A stretch of DNA of 64,000 nucleotides from assembly GCF_000143415.4 (NCBI RefSeq), contig NW_003314409.1, forward strand, positions 124,001 to 188,000, read 5' to 3'. The position numbers were made by a program, and so were the translations under genes. How positions within the stretch are numbered: the first letter of the stretch is position 1; every line of letters begins with the position of its first letter. Origin of the DNA: Selaginella moellendorffii (lineage: Eukaryota > Plantae > Lycopodiophyta). Shown in pieces: positions 61,404-64,000 of this stretch. Below the pieces are notes generated by a model, which worked only from the letters and a program-made list of their open reading frames with translations, was not told where the DNA came from and searched no databases.

Positions 61404-63449
61404 ATGGAGAATGCGAGGAGCGAGAGCGATCCCTCCTCGCAGTTCTCGGCACTTCTTCGATCGTGCAGGGATTTGGAGCAGGCGCGGCGGCTCCACGCTC
61501 GGATCTTGGCCAGCGCCGAGTGCCGCCACGACAAGCTCCTCGCCAATCTCTGTGTGGAGATGTATGGCAAATGCGGCGGCGTGCGCGATGCCAGGTACGC
61601 TTTCGATGCTATCCAGGAGCCGAATGGCTACTCCTGGAACATCTTGCTCCAAGCTTACGCTCACAATGGCTGCTTGGATCAGGCCCGGGAGACGTTCCAG
61701 CGGATGCCCCGGAGGGATCTCACGGCATGGAACACGATGATCACGGCGAGTTCTCGCGGCGGCAGCGTGGATGAGGCGAAGCGCCTGTTTGATTCTATGC
61801 CCCAGCACGACGTCGTCTCGTGGACAGCCATGATCCAGGCGCTTGGTCGAAACGGGCATTTGGAGGACGCAGGTAAGCTCTTCTCTTTGATGCCTGAGAG
61901 GAATGCGATCACTGAGACTACGATGATCCAGGCCTATGGCGAGAGCTCTCGCGTCGATTTAGCGCTCGAGATCTTCAACAACATCCCAGAGAGGAACCTC
62001 TTGTCGTGGACTTCCATGCTCGCTGCATATGCCCAGGACGGGCATCTTGAAGAGGCTCGCGCGGTCTTTAACAACATGCCCGAGCACGATCTCGTCGCGC
62101 TCACCTCAATGCTCACAGTGCACATCCAGTCGGGGGATCTTGAGCAAGCCAAGGCCATCTTCGATCGAATGCCCGACCAGGACATCATCTCCCAGACAGC
62201 GATGATCCAGGCCTTCTTGCAAAACGGCCAGCTCCGAGAGGCCGAGCTCATCTTCGAGGAGATGCCCGTCCAGAACATAGTCTCGTGCACGGCACTTCTC
62301 TCCTCGTACGCTCAGGGCGGCGATCTGGATCGGGCAAAGCAGATGTTTGACAAGATGCCGCAGCGAGACGCCATCGCCTGGACGTCTCTCGTCGCCGCCT
62401 ACGCTCAGAGCAATCACTTCGAGGAGGCCAGGAGCTTGTTCGACCGCATGCCAGTCCACAACTTGGTGCTCGCCACGGCCATCCTGCGAATGTACTCGCA
62501 GCTCGGGAGGATTGACGAGGCCGAGGCGGTGTTCGACAAAATGGTGGCGAAAGACATCCTGGCTTGGAACACGATGCTAGCGGCCTACTCGCAGCACGGC
62601 TACATCGAAGAACTGCGAACCACTTTCGACGCTATGCCCGAGAGGGATATCGTCTCGTGGAACATCGCTGTGGCGAGCTATGCGCAGCACGGGCACGTCG
62701 ACGAAGCTCGAAAGCTCTTCTCCAGCATGCCACAGTGGGACTGCGTTTCCTGGACGATCATGATCGCGGGCTATGCCAGGAACGGGTATATGCGACGGGC
62801 GAGGAGCACTTTCGACGCCATGCCACCGGTGTCTTCCGAGCTCGTCTTCTCCAGCGCGATGTTCACGGCTTATGCTCTGGCCGAGAGCTTCTCCGACGCC
62901 ATGGAGTTTTTCTACGCCATGAACGCCGAAGGATCACTCCAGCCCGACGATGTCACCTTCACGAGCGTGCTTGGCGGATGCAGCCACGCGGGATTGTTTT
63001 CTCGGGGACTCGGCTACTTCCGATCGATGGTCTTCGACTTCGACGTGGATCCTGTCCGCGAGCACTACAGCTGCGTGGTTGACATCCTGGGCCGGTTTGG
63101 ACAGCTCGAAGAGGCCGAGGAGGTTCTGGATTCTATGCCGTTTGAACCGGATGCCGCGAGCTGGGGGGCTCTTCTCGGTGGCTGCGGGATTCATCGCGAC
63201 GTCCAGCGTGGAGAGCGAGCGGCAGAGAATGCACTCAAGCTGGATCCGAGAGAGGACGGCGCTCGGATGCTCTTAGCCAACATCTATGGAGCTGTTGGTC
63301 GGACGCAGGACATGATCAGGCTCAAAAACACCGTTCGGATGCTGAGAAGCCGCAAGCTCCAACTAGAACGAGAGCGTTCTCGCAAGACAATGGAAAGCTT
63401 CCCTTACCAGCGTGAAGGCTCGACTGCGAGATCAACAGCCTCGTCGTGA
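61404..63449 (+). CDS. PLS-class PPR protein dominated by tandem 31-aa S-type repeats, E subgroup
   Basis: About 13 consecutive FxxMPxxDxxxW units, CSHAG, HYSCVVDILGR, LLANIY; no DYW. Confidence 0.93.
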   Translation: MENARSESDPSSQFSALLRSCRDLEQARRLHARILASAECRHDKLLANLCVEMYGKCGGVRDARYAFDAIQEPNGYSWNILLQAYAHNGCLDQARETFQRMPRRDLTAWNTMITASSRGGSVDEAKRLFDSMPQHDVVSWTAMIQALGRNGHLEDAGKLFSLMPERNAITETTMIQAYGESSRVDLALEIFNNIPERNLLSWTSMLAAYAQDGHLEEARAVFNNMPEHDLVALTSMLTVHIQSGDLEQAKAIFDRMPDQDIISQTAMIQAFLQNGQLREAELIFEEMPVQNIVSCTALLSSYAQGGDLDRAKQMFDKMPQRDAIAWTSLVAAYAQSNHFEEARSLFDRMPVHNLVLATAILRMYSQLGRIDEAEAVFDKMVAKDILAWNTMLAAYSQHGYIEELRTTFDAMPERDIVSWNIAVASYAQHGHVDEARKLFSSMPQWDCVSWTIMIAGYARNGYMRRARSTFDAMPPVSSELVFSSAMFTAYALAESFSDAMEFFYAMNAEGSLQPDDVTFTSVLGGCSHAGLFSRGLGYFRSMVFDFDVDPVREHYSCVVDILGRFGQLEEAEEVLDSMPFEPDAASWGALLGGCGIHRDVQRGERAAENALKLDPREDGARMLLANIYGAVGRTQDMIRLKNTVRMLRSRKLQLERERSRKTMESFPYQREGSTARSTASS

Positions 63450-64000
63450 TCTTGCAACAAGTTTTTCTGCTCAAAACTTTCCGGGTCAGCCTCTCCATCG
63501 ATCATCGGACACTGTTGCTGCTGCTGCTGCCGCTGCTGCTGCGCTGCTGCTTTCTCGGTGTACATGTTGGCGAGAAGCTGATACATCGACTTGTTCTCGG
63601 GGTCCAGCTCCATGAGATGCTGCGCAGCCTGCGCAGCGCGCTTGAAGTCGCCGTGCATTCTACACGAGCTCAAGTAGCTCGTCCAAGCAACAGGTCCTGG
63701 GAAGAATGGCATTTCGTGGAGAAGCTCCTCGGCATGATCCAGCTGCTTTGCTCGGCCCAGGACCTCCACCATGCAGCCGTAGTGATCGAGCTCGGGCCGC
63801 AGTCCATACTGGGTGATCATCGACACGAAGTGCTCGTGAGCTCTCTTCACTTTGCCTCCGCGGTTGCATCCTATCAGTAGACCCACGAAAGTGCTCTCGG
63901 TGGGCTTGAGTCCCTCGAGGTTGAGCTCCCGGAAGAGCTCCACGGCGGTCTTGTACGAGGCATTCTCGGCATAGCCAGCGATGAGCGTGTTCCAGGAGAT
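63404..64000 (-). CDS. PLS-class PPR protein, 3' part (runs off the window)
   Basis: ISWNTLIAGYAENA, HYGCMVEVLGRA, AWTSYLSSC, YQLLANMY. Confidence 0.9.
   Translation of the reverse strand: MSWNTLIAGYAENASYKTAVELFRELNLEGLKPTESTFVGLLIGCNRGGKVKRAHEHFVSMITQYGLRPELDHYGCMVEVLGRAKQLDHAEELLHEMPFFPGPVAWTSYLSSCRMHGDFKRAAQAAQHLMELDPENKSMYQLLANMYTEKAAAQQQRQQQQQQCPMIDGEADPESFEQKNLLQDHDEAVDLAVEPSRW

Overview
Plant nuclear DNA. The very high gene density, 50-70 nt introns and several intronless PLS-class PPR genes suggest a compact lycophyte genome, probably Selaginella (inference). The window has four zones. (1) 1-17.2 kb is a nest of same-orientation Ty3/Gypsy-type LTR elements. It includes a young, structurally complete but non-coding element (641-8199, GAAGG target-site duplication) inserted into an older LTR of its own family, a heavily decayed pol-bearing element, and a gag-only element that stops exactly at its PPT. 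The non-coding interiors carry a dense stem-loop array and a covarying RNA module (tandem tRNA-like T-arms, a GACA hairpin and a four-way junction) shared between divergent elements; this is the most novel-looking signal. (2) 17.4-51.6 kb holds about 20 tightly packed host genes: 2 PPR, PTGES2-like GST, Nudix-like, AVT1, TAF12, reticulon, RBL19, NOT9, A20/AN1 SAP, RabE, STR11, choline/ethanolamine kinase, SNM1, COX6A, an extensin-PCC13-62 chimera and EDR2-like. (3) 52-61.3 kb is an AT-rich, decayed island with LINE RT and LTR relics. (4) 61.4-64 kb has two convergent PPR genes whose reading frames overlap by 46 bp. All exon boundaries and alignments were read by eye, and no database searches were run.
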